DNA of 64,000 nucleotides from Octopus bimaculoides (GCF_001194135.2 NC_068985.1:35918695-35982694), one strand, 5' to 3'; positions 14,596 through 28,199 are shown, counted from the stretch's first letter. The notes: generated by a model from the sequence alone, not told the origin. Numbers and translations are program-made.

Positions 14596-14724
14596 CGGTG
14601 ATGATACCAGTAGCAATCGTTTGTCCACTCATACCAGGAATTTAAGGTAGTTGCGATAAAACGTAGAGGCAGCTGATAAACAGGATCGCTCTTGCTTCGT
14701 GAGCTTCGCCGGGATTGAACGAAT
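14596..14724 (-). other. Candidate exon of an unidentified minus-strand gene (possible ATG at 14632: MSGQTIATGIIT-)
   Basis: On the minus strand: TCTCTCTTAACCAG acceptor, 129-nt exon, ACCG|GTAAGT donor. A second GTAAGT donor lies at 14828. The region is visibly CpG-dense. No homolog recognised. Confidence 0.4.
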
Positions 14725-15243
14725 CTGGTTAAGAGAGACACCTATTAAAGCAAGACCGACAGTCAGACAAGCTGCGTGTATACGTAGAGTCACGCACGCA
14801 CATGATACGTACGTCGGATTACACTTACGCATACACGCACACAGATACAGACACGTGTGCATGTTCAAGATCGAGAAGGTAGGAGAGAAAGAAATAGAAG
14901 CAGTATATATTTGGCAATATTGAACGTGATGACAAATGAGAGAGAACGGGAACAATAGTAATAGGGAGTGAGAGAGAGAGAGGAAAAGAGAAATAGAGAG
15001 ACGGTTACGAAGTAGAGGAAATAGTAAGAGAAAGAAATGATGCGAGGAGAAAAGATCAATAGATTAAAATCTGACAAAACAGGGAGAAAGCTACAGCGAT
15101 AGAAAAGAGAATAAAAACTAAGTATGAAAATAGGGGTATTATATAATAAATACGACAGAAATGCGAAACTGCTGTTATGAATAAACTCCTTCCTACGCTA
15201 CCACACTTTGTCTCTATCTATCTATCTATGTGTATATATGTGC

Positions 15244-15316
<73 letters not shown>

Positions 15317-15764
15317 CATATGTATATATATATATATACATACATATGTATATATATATATATATATATACATATATATACATACNNNNNNNNNNNNNNN
15401 NNNNNNNNNNNNNNNNNNNNNNNNNNNNNNNNNNNNNNNNNNNNNNNNNNNNNNNNNNNNNNNNNNNNNNNNNNNNNNNNNNNNNNNNNNNNNNNNNNNN
15501 NNNNNNNNNNNNATATAATCATCATCATTTAACGTCCATTGTCCAAGCTGGCATGGGTTGGACGGTTTGACTGGGCTGGCACGCTTGAAGGCTGCACCAG
15601 ACTCCAGTCCGATTTGGCATGGTTTTCTATGGCTGGACACCCTTCCTAACGCAAACCACTCCGAGAGTATAATGGGTGCTATGAATGTACATATATGTAT
15701 GAGCATTCATATATACAGACATATATGTATATGTGGATGTATGTATGCATTTTTTGTACGTCGT

Positions 15765-17810
15765 CATCATCATCATCTAACATCCATTCTACATGCTGAC
15801 AGGAGCTAGGCAGTTGGAGAGCTGCTCTGGCATCATTTGTCTATTTTGGCATAGTTTCTGCAGCTGGATACCCTTCCTAACGTCAACCACTTTACAGAAT
15901 GTACCAGGTAGTAATGTGGCACTGGCTCAGGCACATGTGACACTGCACAGGCAACTTTACAGTACAGGTGCTTTTAGTGGAAGCGTAATGGCCCAGTGGT
16001 TAGGGTAGCGGACTCGCGGTCATAAGATCGTGGTTTCGATTCCCAGACCGGGCGTTGTGAGTGTTTATTGAGCGAAAACACCTAAAAGCTCCACGAGGCT
16101 CTGGCAGGGGATGGTGGCGAACCCTACTGTACTCTTTCACCAAACTTTCTCTCACTCTTACTTCCTGTTTCTGGTGTGCCTGTAATTCAAAGGGTCAGCC
16201 TTGTCACACTGTGTCACGCTGAATATCCCTGAGAACTATGTTAAGGGTACACGTGTCTGTGGAGTGCTCGGCCACTTGCACGTTAATTTCACGAGCAGGC
16301 TATTCCGTTGATTGGACCAACTGGAACCCTCGACGTCGTAAGCGACGGAGTGCCAACAACATGGGTGTTTTTTTATGACCCCAGCACCTGCGATCTCGCA
16401 AGAGTAGCATCTCTCAGCTGAGAGAGGAACGTAGAGGACATGCCTGTTTTATTTGGTTTGATGTGTCTTAAGCATAGCAAACTGCTAGAAGTTTCAGTCC
16501 TTTGTCATCTCTTCTGTGAGGCCCGTCTGAAGGTCCTTTCTCATCACTTTTTCTTCCTAGATCTACCCCTTCCACAGGTTTCCTCCTTAATTAGAGACTG
16601 GCACTTCTTTATGCAGCTGTCTCCATCCTATACACATCACATGACCATACCAGTACACTACATCTGATACCTTGTATCAATTTTTCTCTCAAATCATTTC
16701 CACTCTGTTGTGCATGCACAGAGACATTATCCATTCAGCAGCGCAAGCTGGTTTCATTTCTTTCAAGCCTTTGATTGTCCTCAGTGGTCACAGCCCAGGT
16801 CTCACTGCCATGTAGCATGGCTGTTCATACACAGGCATCATACAATCTACCTTCCACTCTGAGGAAGAGGCCCTTTGTTACCAACAAAAGTAGTATCTCT
16901 CTGAACTTTGTCCAACCTGTTCTTATTCTAGCTACCACATTTTCAAAACTACTCTCTCCACCACTAACTTGGTCACCTAAGTAATGGAAACTATCTACTC
17001 CTTCTAAGCATCCCCTGGGACATTTGAGGTTGTCTTATTTCCTATACATTCCGAGTGTTTAATGTACCTGCATATATGCCACACACAAAGACTATATTCT
17101 CTCTTAACCTTCCTGTGATACAACTGCACCCCTTATGTGTCCATAGCTTACACTGAGTACACTGCATCACTGTATGGAGTTTCTAACATCTTTTCTACAC
17201 ACTGAGCAGGGCTATGTTCATGAAGGGATCAGTAATTTGTCTGTTTTCCTACTTACTAGGACTTTGGTCTTTGCTAAATTAACTCTAAGGCCCTTTGCTT
17301 CCACACTTGAAATTTCTTCCCTAGTTCTGGTAGTGATTCTGTAATAAGAACAAGGTTGTCAGCCTTAAACTCTTCTATTATGGCTTGGAGGACTATGATA
17401 AGAAGAGACTGAGAACCAATCCATGGTGAAGTCGTACCTATACACTAGATTCCTTGCTATACTCATAGCTGACAACATTCTTGTACATGGTTTGTACAGC
17501 TCTCACCAACCACTCATCTATCCCCAACTTCTGCATTGCCCACCAGATAAGGGAGTAGGGGACCCTGTCAAAAGCTTTCTCCATGTCAACAAATGCCTAA
17601 TACAGAGGTTTATTTTTGGCTAAATACTTCTGCAGTTGTCTCACCAGGAAGATAATATCAGTTGTGCTTCTTCCTGGTACAAAACCAAACTGCATCTCAT
17701 GTAGGCTAACTCTCTTCCTAACTAATTGAGCTATGATTCTTTCACTAACTTTCATCACCTGGTCCAGCAGTTTGATACTACTGTAAGTATTTCTGTTTAA
17801 AGCATCATCA
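15765..17810 (-). mobile_element. RTE-clade LINE fragment (RT to 3' (GAT)n tail), interrupted by a SINE
   Basis: Minus-strand EMQFGFVPGRSTTDIIFLVRQLQ and later RT/C-terminal motifs; a (CAT)n-TAACATCC tail on the plus strand. Confidence 0.85.
15977..16360 (+). mobile_element. tRNA-derived SINE family B
   Basis: A box TGGCCCAGTGG, B box GTTTCGATTCC, tRNA-Arg-like head and CAACA tail. Near-identical copies at 48739-49127 (+) and 37040-37290 (-, partial). Confidence 0.85.
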
Positions 17811-18618
17811 TTGTCATTTAACATTCATTTTCCATTCTGGCATGAATATGCTATTCATGCCAGCATGAATAGCATATTTGACAAGGAACCAGAAAACTGT
17901 AGTGCTGCATTGAGTTCCAATGTCATCTTCAGCATGATTTCAATGGCTATATGCCCCTCTTAACACTAAACATTTTACAGTGTGTACTGGATGTTTTTTC
18001 TCATGTCACAGGCACTAGTGAGGTTGCCAAGTAACTTGCTGGACAGGAAAAAACAATGGATAAAAGAAAAAATTCCTCTTGAATAAGTGTGTGTATGTGT
18101 AGGAATATTTGAGAGAGCGGGGAGGTGGTTTTATGCCAGGGACAAGAATATGTGTCTCGCTATAGAGAAGACACATGACTACTCTGCATTATACAATGTT
18201 GGATGGGAGTATCTGAGAATAAAGATAAGATGATAGTGATGGGATACCAGAGCAAAACCCTCAAGGAATAAGAAATGGTATGGGCAGTGGATCGGGAAGG
18301 AAATAAAGCAGTTATAAGAGTGTGAGGTGGGAGTGACAGATAGTTAGAGATTGAATGTAGGGAGTGATGAACAGGAGTGGAGGTGCTGCATGATTGGAAA
18401 TATCAATATTGGGGACTATAATGTGTGGGCATGGTGGCAGACATAAGAGGGGCCTGGGAATGATAGCAGATATGTGAGGTGTTATGATGAAGTATGGCAG
18501 AGGTAGGGTTGGAAATAACTGGAAGAATGATAATGAGAATGAGAGAGGGAAATAGGAGAGGGGTGGCTGTAACTGGTAACACAGAATTAAGAGATGTAAT
18601 ATGTGCCTAGGATGGATA

Positions 18619-19391
18619 TGTAAAAACTATCATTTCATTTTCCAAGTTGAGATCCTAAACCGAATCTAAGGATTCTTGCTTGCCTGATCCACCGCTGGCA
18701 AAACAGGCATGAAAGAAATTTCTTTTGCACCTGTTCAGCCAGTGGTGGATCAGGTGAGTGAGAATCCTTAGATTCGGTTAGTGTAAAAACTAACATTTCA
18801 TTTTCTGAGCTGAGATTTGAAACTGAATCTAAAGATTCTCACTCGCCTGATCCACCACTGGCTGAACAGGTGCGAAAGAAATTTCTTTGTTCTGTCAAAA
18901 AGTGATGGATGGATTTCCACTCGACCTCCGTCCTGAGCTGTGTCACTGAAAGGTTCAACTGGCCAGCAGGTGACCTAGATAGGTAGAAATTACTCCAATG
19001 GTATATCTGTTCTTCTAGCTAGGATGACCATTATAAATACAGTCAGACACATGGCAGATGGACAGACAGCTAACAACAGGCAAGCCGTCAAATGATGGCA
19101 GGCCATGAGCAAACGTTAATAGCCAACGACACTACACAGTAGCAGGACACAAACAGACAGGACGGAAAGACAACATGACCCGACCCAGTGACCAATGCAC
19201 ACACAGACGCAAAACATGCCTTGTACTACCTCATCACATCGGCACACTATTTCTCCTGTTGTTTCTTTTTACATTGCCAACTCGAAGCAGTTGGTAACTT
19301 CATGTAGTGGCCTTCATTGATTTTGTGAATCAAGCTTTGTGTATCCAACATGTAAATGCAAGTGCCGATCAATTAAATTATTTAAACTACA
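18619..19391 (+). mobile_element. Putative solo-LTR-like element with a rearranged 5' end
   Basis: Begins TGT and ends ACA, with an internal TATAAAT and an ATTAAA near the 3' end. No TSD found, so the call is tentative. Confidence 0.35.
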
Positions 19392-20789
19392 TTCCGATGC
19401 ATTTGAATTTTGTTGTACATGTACACTAATGCTGCATATCCAATGGTGCATACTACCTTCGTTCCTCTCTAGTCTATGTATGTCTTCTGTATTCAGGATC
19501 TTTGTCTTGCAAGTTACTTAGTAACCCTGCCAGTGCTGGTGCCATGTAAAAAGCACTCAGCCCACTATGTAGGGTGATTAGTGCTAGGAAAGGCATCAAG
19601 CCATAAAAAATCATACCAAATCAGACTCTGAAGCCTGGTGCAGTCTTTTGCCTAGCCAACTCCTGTCAAAATGTTCAACTCATGAGAGCATAGAAATAAT
19701 GATGATGATGATGATATGTATATGTATATATGAGTGTAATGTGTGTGTGTATAATATATATGCATTCATATATATTGCACTCAGTTGTGTGTGCATCATG
19801 ATCATCATCATCATTACTTTGTGTGTGCATATATGTGTGTCTTCTCTTCCCCTCCACTTTTATTTGTATACAACTATCATCTGCTGTCAAGCCAATGTGA
19901 AAGAATAGGCTCATCAAATCAGTGTGATCTCAAGCTCAAATTCATGGCTTCCATATCAGACCATGGTTTTTGGAGAGGGCATGCTGAGGCCTTCATCCTG
20001 CAGTGGATTGAAAATAGGCAATCCAATTCAGTCAAATCCAAATGTTTGCTCTGCATCATGGTTTAGAACCCAGCATGATGGTGTGTTGCTACTTGCACCA
20101 GGTATCCCTATTCATCTGCTGTTACCATCACGGAGATGAAGATCAGTTATTTTGTTTTTGCTTCATTTGAATAAAACAAAAATGTGCCACAAAGCATACA
20201 TATTCAATGTGCATATATACATACTGCTGCCACACAATAAGTTACTGGGCATATTATGTGAAAATGATAGTGAGTATGATGTGTACACAGCTATTCTTCA
20301 CTTGAACGAAACTCTTGTTCTACTCTAGCATCTATGTCTAGTGAGTAAGACTATGTGGCATTTAATTAGCCTAAATATGTATCAAAAAGTTTTGTTGGCG
20401 TGGCTGGGGTATTCCATACTTCTGCAACAATGAAATTCCACCACTTCTGTAGTGTCAGGCACATGGATGGTGTAGTATAGGTGGGAGTAATTGTGATTCT
20501 CTAGTCCCTTACATGGATGCATTCCCTGTTAAGGCACCACATAGATGAAGCCATCATCTTCATTGATTATCAATGAGTGAACGTAAAAACTTTAGGCATC
20601 TTCTTTTCTTTCCTTCTTTTATTTATTATTTTTATTATTACTGAGTGAGAGAGTAGCACATGCCATCAAAGTGACACTGAGGTACAAATATACAAAACCA
20701 AATATACCTTCATGACTACTCATCTAATAAGGCATCCTGTCATAGAAAATCTACCTTAATGAAAATGTTAAAAAAATATGAATTTGTCA

Positions 20790-21700
20790 AGGGCAGCGTA
20801 AATGTCCTCATAAATTTTAGTTTTTTAAGGCTTCTCTTTCCTATGGCCATAGCTATAGATATTGTATGAATCAATCTTAACATAATCCACTGATTTTGCA
20901 TGGCATTCCTTAACTTATTGTTGTTGATGAATCTAATGGTTTCTGCTGGAAGTTTTACATTCCTAGGAATAAATACATTTCCCAATATCTAGTTCAGACA
21001 AGAGATCATATCCATTAGTATCACAATTTAATTTTTTACTTTTTGGAACCTAGCTTTCAAAATAAGACATGATAATCTCAATTTATTTTCATCTAGTAAA
21101 TCATTTGTTATTTAAAAATACCCATTTTTAAAATAGAAACTTTGTTCATATTTCTCTGATAAAGAATTAGAACTGTGTCAAGTACTATGCATAATTTTAT
21201 AAAACTTATTTCTGGGTTATCTGTATGTCAAACCTCATCAATGATCAAGGCACTTTTTCAAACTACTTATTTTGGCAATATCTTTTTCTTTTAAAAATGG
21301 GCTGTACATCTAATTCTGTAGCTAATTCTTTTGCTGATGCTAGTGCACTTACATATGCATTGGCATAATAATCAGTTAAGTAATTACTGACAATAATTAA
21401 CAAAACAATGGTAGACAGTTCCAAAATGATGTTCTGCCCAATTTTGCTGACATTTATGTTGCCTTAGACAGAGTCATTATTACTAGAGGACTGAAATCTC
21501 CTATTTGAGATTCAGAAGTTTAAGCTTCATGTTGCATAACAGGACCAGAAGCAGACATATTTGAAACGTTATAAGGAGCTTCTCAAATTTCTTAAATTTC
21601 ATATATAATGACTTTGACGCATTCTAATCTGTACCCCTATCATGTTTCTTGAAGAGATTTTTCAAAGAGACATTTAACATGACTTTTACGAATCCTGGAA
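20790..21700 (-). mobile_element. hAT transposase fossil (ZMYM1-like type)
   Basis: Pieces HEA*TSESQIGDF, KELATELDVQPIFKRKR and a dimerization-like NQWIMLRLIHTISIAMAIGKRSLKKLKFMRT (cf. NLWIALRILLTIPVTVASGERSFSKLKLIKT). Confidence 0.75.
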
Positions 21701-22959
21701 AAAAGTCACTGAATAAATAATGACAGACTTAAGACTGATTTAACATTCTTTTTCTGTTTCATTGTTTTGTTTAAGATATTGAATAAAACCTTTGTTTTTT
21801 TTTTCCTCTCATATATGTGTAATGTTATTGTAGATGCTAGTAGAAACACTGCCTTTCAGGTGATTGTTTTTGCTACTTTAAATTCAGCAAAAGAAATGTA
21901 AAATTCAGACAGAAAAAAAGTCCAACCTGGATGAGTTAAGGGCTCTCTCTCTCTCTCTCTCATACACACACACACATTAGATGTGTGTACTGGTGTTATT
22001 CCAGTTATACCCATTGTATGAATGTGCGAGAGAGAAATAGAATGATTGTAAATGTACATGTAAGCAAGTTGAGAGAGAAATGTGAGTATTAATGTGAACT
22101 GTGAGAAAGTTGTCTTTATGTGTGGAGCAGATGGAACATAGTATCTGGCTATATTCCAAGACAACCTCTAAACAAAGGTTAGAATCAAAAGAAAACAAAT
22201 TCCGAAGAACTAGAACTAGAACTAGAACATTCTATCAGCAGTTTGGTACTTAAATACAACAGACAGCAGCAGATCTTTGATGTTTGCTGATGATCTATCA
22301 CAGATACCACAAAATATTATTGGTTGGAATAAATAGTATTTTCAAATTTTGGCACAAGGCCAGTAATATCGGGGAAGGGAGAAGTTGACTGTATCAGCCT
22401 CAGTGCTTAACTGGTAATTATTTCATCGAGCCCAAGAGGATGAAAGGCAAAGTTAACCTCAGCAGAATTTGAACTCAGATTTTAAAGATGGACAAAATGC
22501 CACTAAGCATTTTGCCAGCATGATTCTACCAGCTTGCTGTCCTGGCTGGAATAAATATTGAAAGATGTGTCTACTTGTCTGTGTAAACAGTTAGCTCTTG
22601 CAATTATTTTATTACTAAAATATATAGAGATATGGTATTATTGACTAAATGTTATCCTTTTTACAAAGGGATATTATAGGCTTGATTCTAAGAGAGAGGG
22701 TCTGTTACCAACACACATATACAGCTGAAGCTATAGGTTGATGATTGGAATTTATAGACATTTTAGAAATTTCTTTTCATCCTCCTCAACAAGCATTCTC
22801 TATAGTTTGCAAAAACTGTGTGTGTATGTGAGTGTATGTGTGTGTGTGCGTGTGTATGTGCATGCATGCATGTACAGGGCTGACTCTAGGGTTGCAGCTG
22901 TCCCGGATAAGATGAAGTTTGGCACCCTTATAATTACAATTTTTAAAACTTGCACAGGC

Positions 22960-24102
22960 ATAATAGATGCTGAACATGTGTGGAAAATAGACTCCATTGC
23001 CAGGGGGGGGGGCAAGCCACAGGTAAGAGATAGCTTCCGGTATCTAGGCACCTAGGTTAGTAGTGGAGGTGGATATCCCAAGAACGTAGCTGTGAGAATA
23101 AGATTAGCTTGGGCCAAGTTCAGAGAGCTCCTACTCCTGCTGGCAACAAAGGGCCTCTCTCTCAGAGTGAAAGGCAGATTGTTTGATGCCTGTGTGTGAA
23201 CAGCACTGCTGCATGGCAGTGATACATGGGCTATCACAGCTGAGGACATGCATAGGCTTGAAAGAAATGAAGCCAGTATACTTCGCTGGATGTGCAATGT
23301 CATTGTGTATGCTCAGCAGAGTGTAAGCATCTTGAGAGAAAAGTTAGGCACAAGAGGAACCAGATGTAGTGTGCAAGAGAGGTGACTGTGTTGATATGGT
23401 CATGTAACGCATATAGGCAAGGACAGCTGTGTAAAGAAGTGCCGATCTTTAACTGTGGAGGGAACCTGTGGTAGAGGTAGACCTAGGAAGACATGAGATG
23501 AAGTGAAGCATGATCTTCGAACCTTGAACCTCACAGAGGCAATGACTAGTAACCAAGACCTTTGGCGATGTGCTCTGTTTAAGAGGACTCAAGCCAAGTG
23601 CACCTGTGCTGGTGGCACATAAGAAAATCAACCTTGAACTTTGGGCCTCATGGGTAGCTAAGTTCCTTTTGAGCATTGGGCGTCATGGAGGCAAGTGGCT
23701 GAGTTCCTTTCAAGCGTTGGATCTCATAGAGGCAAGGTGGCTGATTTCCTTTGAGTGTTGAGCCTCATGGAGGCAAAGTGGCCAAGTTCCTTTTAGTGTT
23801 GGGCTTTACGGAGGCAATGACCAAGACTTTTGGTATTACGTTGTGCTTGAGAAGAAGACCCATCAAGCCAAGCAAAATCAGTCATGGCAGATACTGGTGT
23901 CACAAAAATAGCACCCATGCCAGTGGCACGTAAAAACAACCATTACACTCTCAGAGTGGTTGGTATTGGGAAGGGTGTCCAGCCGTAGAAAACCATGCCA
24001 AATCAGACTGGAGCCTGGCATAGCCTTCCAGCATGCCAGTCCAGTCAAACCATTCAACCCATGCCATCACAGACAACAGATGTTAAATGATGATGATGAT
24101 GC
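22960..24102 (+). mobile_element. 5'-truncated RTE LINE with 3'UTR and (GAT)n tail
   Basis: DSFRYLG...RIRLAWAKFRELLLLL..KGLSLRVKGRL.DACV; ends GTTAAATGATGATGATG. Confidence 0.88.
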
Positions 24103-24289
24103 TTTAAAACAAAAACAAAAATGAGAGAAAAACCTCAATCAATATCCTAACTAAAACATTTTTTGATTATGTGCAAATGATTTTTGTAGCAGCCGAGACC
24201 TTTGGAGATATGTTATGATGGTGAAGACCCAGCAAGTAATGTGAGATCGCAGCCATGGCCGATGCCAGTGTTGCATAACTGGCCCACTT

Positions 24290-24780
24290 AAAAGTATCCT
24301 TGAAGTGTCGAGTGATGTGATGTGCTTGAGAAGACCTGTTGAGTCAAGTGAAATCGTAGTTGTGGTCAGTGCTGCCTGACTAGAACCTGTGCTGGTGGCA
24401 CGTAAGAAGCACCATTCGAGTGTGGGTCAATGCCAGAGCCACCCGACAGGCTCCGATACCAGTGGCATGTAAAAAGCTCCATCTGAATGTGGTTGAAACT
24501 AGTGCCTCCCTGACTGGCTCCCATGCCAGTGGCATGTAAAAAGCACTATCTGGATATAGTCAAAGCCAGTGCCCCCTGACTGGCTCCCATGCCAGTGGCA
24601 TGTAAAAAGCACCCACTACACCCTCAGAGTGGTTGGCGTTAGGAAGGGCATCCAACTGTAGAAACCTTGTTGGATCAGATTATAGCTTGGTGCAGCCTAC
24701 TGGCTTGCCATTCCTCAATCAAACTGTCCAACCCATACCAGCATGGAAAGCTGACGTTGAATGATGATGATGACGACGTC
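24290..24780 (+). mobile_element. RTE 3'UTR fragment with ~66-bp tandem units
   Basis: Repeated CCAGTGGCATGTAAAAAGC...TGACTGGCTCC units, then the family 3' end and a (GAT)n tail. Confidence 0.75.
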
Positions 24781-25829
24781 TTGGACATAAAGACAGACGA
24801 AATACAGCTAAGCATTTCACCTGGCGTGCTAACATTTCTGCAAGCTCGCCGCCTTTCAAAGCTACAAAATAATGCCTGATTAATTCCAAACAGTGTGAAT
24901 GAAAAGCATTACATCTGACAGAGTAATTTGAATGCCAAAGGGTTAAACAAGGAAGACAGTTCTCAAGAAAATTCTAGCTGTTTTGATTGAAATGCACCTG
25001 CAATAATACTGCAGTTTATATTGTGATTCTAATTTATAGATCTTTCTCTCTGCTTTGGAAATGTAATAATTAAATATAATTCATGAGACTAAATTATAGT
25101 TATCAGAAGGATAATTTATTTGTAGACCATTTGTTCCCAGAAAATTTGTGTGATTTGAATTTTAATCTGAAATACATGGCTAAAATCAGATGCAATGTTT
25201 AAAATTGCATGTATCTGAGAACTTTGCTGATAGGTGTCATCACTCTTACTTTTGGTACTCATTATTGACATATATCACTTCCTCACTGTCATCATTTTTT
25301 CTTTCTTTTCTTCTCTCTCTCTTTCTTTCTCTTTCATTATTCCCTCTTCTATCTCTCATCGTTGACATACATCATTCACTCTCTCTCTTTCTTTTTTCTA
25401 TCTCTCTGTACCATCAGTACATCTCACTTCCACTATTCCCTCTTCAATCACTTTACCTCTCTCTCACCACTCTTTCTTGTTCATAGTGTTACTCATGGTT
25501 TTCCTATTCAATCTCCTTCACAACAATTGGCATGTAGCTGCCTATAACTTTCTCTCACTTCTTCATTAATATGTCCTCTTACCAAATAAGTTCTATTGTA
25601 TTGCCTTGCATCCTTTTTACTTGCATTGATTTGCATGATAATGCTTTTCTGTATTTTACTTGGGTGTCTTTGTGTTTTAGTAAATCAACATTGTATTTTC
25701 GTTGAACCCTACATTCCTCTTTTAAAGCCCTTAGCTTCAGTTGTAGTTTGCCAAATAGTAGATGGTGGTTGGAGGCTATGTCAGCCCCTCTTTTTTACCC
25801 TAACATCTAACAGTATATACTTAAAACCA

Positions 25830-26150
25830 GATGGCCCGAACACATAAGCAATATGGAGCTATGGCAAAGAATGAATCAAGCTTTGATTAGAGAGCAAATG
25901 TTTAAGAAAAAGTGGAAGTGGATTGATAGTATAATTAGAAAGGACACACCAAATGCAGCGAAAAGTGCTTTACAGTGGAATCTGGATGGATATAGAAAGA
26001 GAAGTAGGCCTAAGAACTTGTGGCGTAGATCAACACAAAAGGAACTAGAGAAAGGGGGGACATTCATGGCAGAGTATAAGTACAGAAGCGAAAAATAATG
26101 TGACATGGAATTCAATTATAAGTGGCCTATACTCCGCGTTGGAGGGTTAA
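25830..26150 (+). mobile_element. RTE C-terminal fragment of a second family
   Basis: ELWQRMNQ...KWKWIDSIIRKD....KSALQWNLDGYRKRSRPKNLWRRS. Confidence 0.8.
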
Positions 26151-26894
26151 AGGCAAGAACAAACTGTCCTCTTACCCCTGTCACTCAGCTTCTCCCATTA
26201 TAATCTCTCTTCTATTCAGCCATTCAATCACATTGCCTCTTGCATACAGATAACATAGAGTGCATAAAATTCTTAAATCTTGCAGAAGACCAGACACCTT
26301 CTCTAGTATTGGACCACAATAAAATGCATCCAGTATGCTTTCGTGTAAGAAGAGGTGACAGTATAGGGTACAGTGAACCTTTAATCTTGTCAAAGACATG
26401 TCAACCTCTTTAGAACCAGTATCATGATAATATGTTCTCAGTATACTAAATAATGCGGTTGGTGTTAGGAATACATTCAACCATTAAAAGCATATAAAAA
26501 TGGAGCATGCAAGTGAGATGTGGTCTTATACCAATCTAGGAAGGTAAGTAACTCCAGGTAAGAAAAGAACTGATTCAAAATTTAACAACCCACATCATAC
26601 CATGCCAGCTTGGGAAGAAGTCAAATGGTGATGATGATGATAATGATATTACTGAACATTCAGTTATAATTTGTTATTTCTTTGTTATATAAATATTCTT
26701 TGTAAAAGTATTTGTAAATTCACATCAGTGTGTTTTACTGTTCTTTTTGCCATGTTTGTTCTAGAGTGGAAGTTTTCTTCAACACTACCAATTTGCCACA
26801 GTCCCTTGTCATCTCCTTAATGAGATTCTTCACACACATACACATGCACACACAACATGCATGTATATATACATATGTATAGAATCATTCTCTT

Positions 26895-26997
<103 letters not shown>

Positions 26998-27089
26998 TCA
27001 GTAAAGCGCTAGATAAAATATCTTTAGATTCCCTTATGACACATTTCTAGCACTAGGAAATATTGATTAGTCCCCAAGCAACTGTAGTA

Positions 27090-27510
27090 ACTCTTTACTC
27101 TTTCTCTTTTACTTGTTTCAGTCATTTGACTGTGGCCATGCTGGAGCACCACCTTTAGTCGAGCAAATCAACCCCAGGACTTATTCTTTGTAAGCCTAGT
27201 ATTTTTTCTATCGGTCTCATTTGTCGAACTGCTAAGTTATGGGGATGTAAACACACCAGCATCGGTTGTCAAGCGATGTTGGGGGGACAAACACAGACAT
27301 ACAAACACACACACACATATATATATATATATAAACATATATATATGATGGGCTTCTTTCAGTTTCCATCTACTAAATCCACTCACAAGGCTTTGGTCGG
27401 CCCGAGGCTATAGTAGAATACGCTTGCCCAAGGTGCCACGCAGTGGGACTGAACCCAGAACCATGTGGTTGGTAGGCAAGCTACTTACCACACAGCCACT
27501 CCTGTGCCTT
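27090..27510 (-). mobile_element. tRNA-derived SINE family C with internal (CA/TA)n
   Basis: Head on the minus strand: CAGGAGTGGCTGTGTGGTAAGTAGCTTG...GGTTCAGTCCCACTGCGTGGCACC. Other copies at ~38277(+), 43510(+), 49925-50465(-) and 50510(+). Confidence 0.8.
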
Positions 27511-28199
27511 GGTGAGTTTTTAGATTTTTTTATTTTGTTTTTTTTTATCAATGCTAAAATATGAAGAACACACTGCATGTAATAAGTGCCAACTGATTCA
27601 AAAGACTTTATTCTTAGATTGAAAGGATATTCATAAAAGTATTTGCACATAAGATTATTAGGAAAATAAACAAAGAGAAATAAAAGCTAAAATAATTACA
27701 CAAAAATATTTCATTTTAAAATGTAGACTTTAAAATTAATAAATCAGTCAGCTGGCACATCTATTATAAATATTGATCCATATGGAATAAAATTAAATGG
27801 GGCAGTAAAGGTTACTATTGTAAATTAATAGCTAATCATACTTGGTGCTGACCTAAAAAACTATTGTCATTCTACATTAAGTACAAGCTATAAAACTACT
27901 GAAATAAAATGTAGTTGAAAGATTTATTAACCTGAGAATATTTCTGAGAAAATAGCTACATTGGAAAAACACCATACAGTCTGACATATGGCAGGTTAAA
28001 ATTTCTGCTTTTAATATTTCTTGTACTCATAAGGGGACAAGCTAGCAGAATCATCAGCATGCAGGGCAAAATGCTTAGTGGTACTTCATCTGTCTTTACA
28101 TTCTGAGTTCAAATTCCACTGAGGTCGACTTTGCCCTTCATCCTTTTAGGGTTAATGAAATAAGTACCAGTTGAGCACTGGGGTCGATGTGAACAACTT

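Noticed and set aside
14596-14632. V-ATPase subunit e identity for MSGQTIATGIIT
   Set aside because: Only a vague resemblance; no PKGPNRG-type exon was found in the window.
15985-16060. tRNA gene
   Set aside because: The A/B-box head continues into a multicopy SINE body and tail, with no complete cloverleaf or poly-T terminator.
18100-18618. GA-rich segment as a coding or novel element
   Set aside because: No ORF or motif recognised; probably an unclassified repeat.
21546-21606. Apparent plus-strand terminal exon DQKQTYLKRYKELLKFLKFHI* with downstream AATAAA
   Set aside because: It is the antisense strand of the hAT transposase fossil, and no upstream exons were found.
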